DNA of 27,027 nt from a virus. Its lineage: Duplodnaviria > Caudoviricetes. The notes beneath the pieces were generated by a model. That model saw only the letters and a program-made list of their open reading frames with translations, searched no databases and was not told where the DNA came from. The number at the start of each line of letters is the position of its first letter. The stretch's first letter is position 1. Shown in pieces: positions 26,586 to 27,027 of the stretch. Position numbers and translations under genes: made by a program. The stretch is taken from the IMG/VR virus record IMGVR_UViG_3300020045_010365, positions 1 through 27,027 of that record; one strand, 5' to 3'.

Positions 26586-27027
26586 TCAACCCATTTTGTT
26601 ACGTCAATAAAATTGCTTACTGCTGTTGTATGTGGCTTACCTTCTGGCTGATAGTCCAACCGATACTTAAAAGTAGAAAGAACTTTTCCCATGCCATATA
26701 CATATTCTGCACCGGGTTCTGTATCGTGCGCAATAATAACTTTCGATTCGCTTTGCCACTCCTTTATCAAATGTTTTCTTATTTCTCCGGGTGCGCAGTC
26801 AACAAATAGTATACCCAATTCAAATAGGTCAAATTCGTAACCCCATCTATTTTTTATGCCGATATACCCGTCTCGTACAATATTCCACCCATAAATAGGT
26901 GCAATTCCTTTTTCCGGCGTGTCTTCTATTGACATAAACTTTTTACCCAAACGATAACACTCTTCATCAAGTAGCCTTGTTGAGCCATTCCCACTTCCCA
27001 TCTCAATAACATCACCACTATTATTTT
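26582..27027 (-). CDS. Class I SAM-dependent methyltransferase-like protein (5'-partial)
   Basis: VIEMGSGNGST motif I, LFVD and IIAHDT; frame open to the window edge. Confidence 0.65.
   Translation of the reverse strand, partial: NNSGDVIEMGSGNGSTRLLDEECYRLGKKFMSIEDTPEKGIAPIYGWNIVRDGYIGIKNRWGYEFDLFELGILFVDCAPGEIRKHLIKEWQSESKVIIAHDTEPGAEYVYGMGKVLSTFKYRLDYQPEGKPHTTAVSNFIDVTKWVE

Noticed and set aside
1-27027. Stop-codon reassignment as seen in some crAss-like phages
   Set aside because: Genes are long and tightly packed under the standard code, TAG and TGA end coupled genes, and no suppressor tRNA is present (the Leu anticodon TAG reads CUA).
1-27027. CRISPR array, IS element, integrase or diversity-generating retroelement
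   Set aside because: No periodic repeat-spacer pattern and no transposase, recombinase or reverse transcriptase motifs seen; the muzzle paralog differences are not adenine-specific.

Overview
Fragment of a Bacteroidota-infecting tailed phage with a crAss-like (podovirus-type) tail; the host is inferred from TTTG-N19-21-TAnnTTTG promoters and the gene content. Left to right: (i) small + strand genes; (ii) a promoter, a 27-codon leader peptide and a 1:2/2:3/3:4 attenuator in front of a tRNA array; (iii) a leftward replication arm (GNAT, DnaB, initiator-like protein, YopX, NinG); (iv) divergent promoters and an RHH regulator; (v) a rightward tail cassette (GroES, GroES-like, three ring-like proteins, HNH, a 1138-aa muzzle-like protein, two ejection-like proteins); (vi) a convergent paralogous copy of that cassette whose muzzle gene is cut off at ~20377, preceded by glycosyltransferase and methyltransferase genes. 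Best candidate novel system: the array holds exactly one tRNA for each amino acid of the CNN codon row (Pro, Gln, His, Leu, Arg). All five carry A37, not the G37 that TrmD methylates, and the leader peptide has 8 consecutive CNN codons. This suggests a ribosome-stalling sensor that switches on replacement tRNAs when host CNN decoding fails. Second: the two diverged muzzle paralogs share one perfect 38-bp inverted repeat, which could support an inversion switch, although an assembly chimera is not excluded. All calls are by eye, with no database searches.
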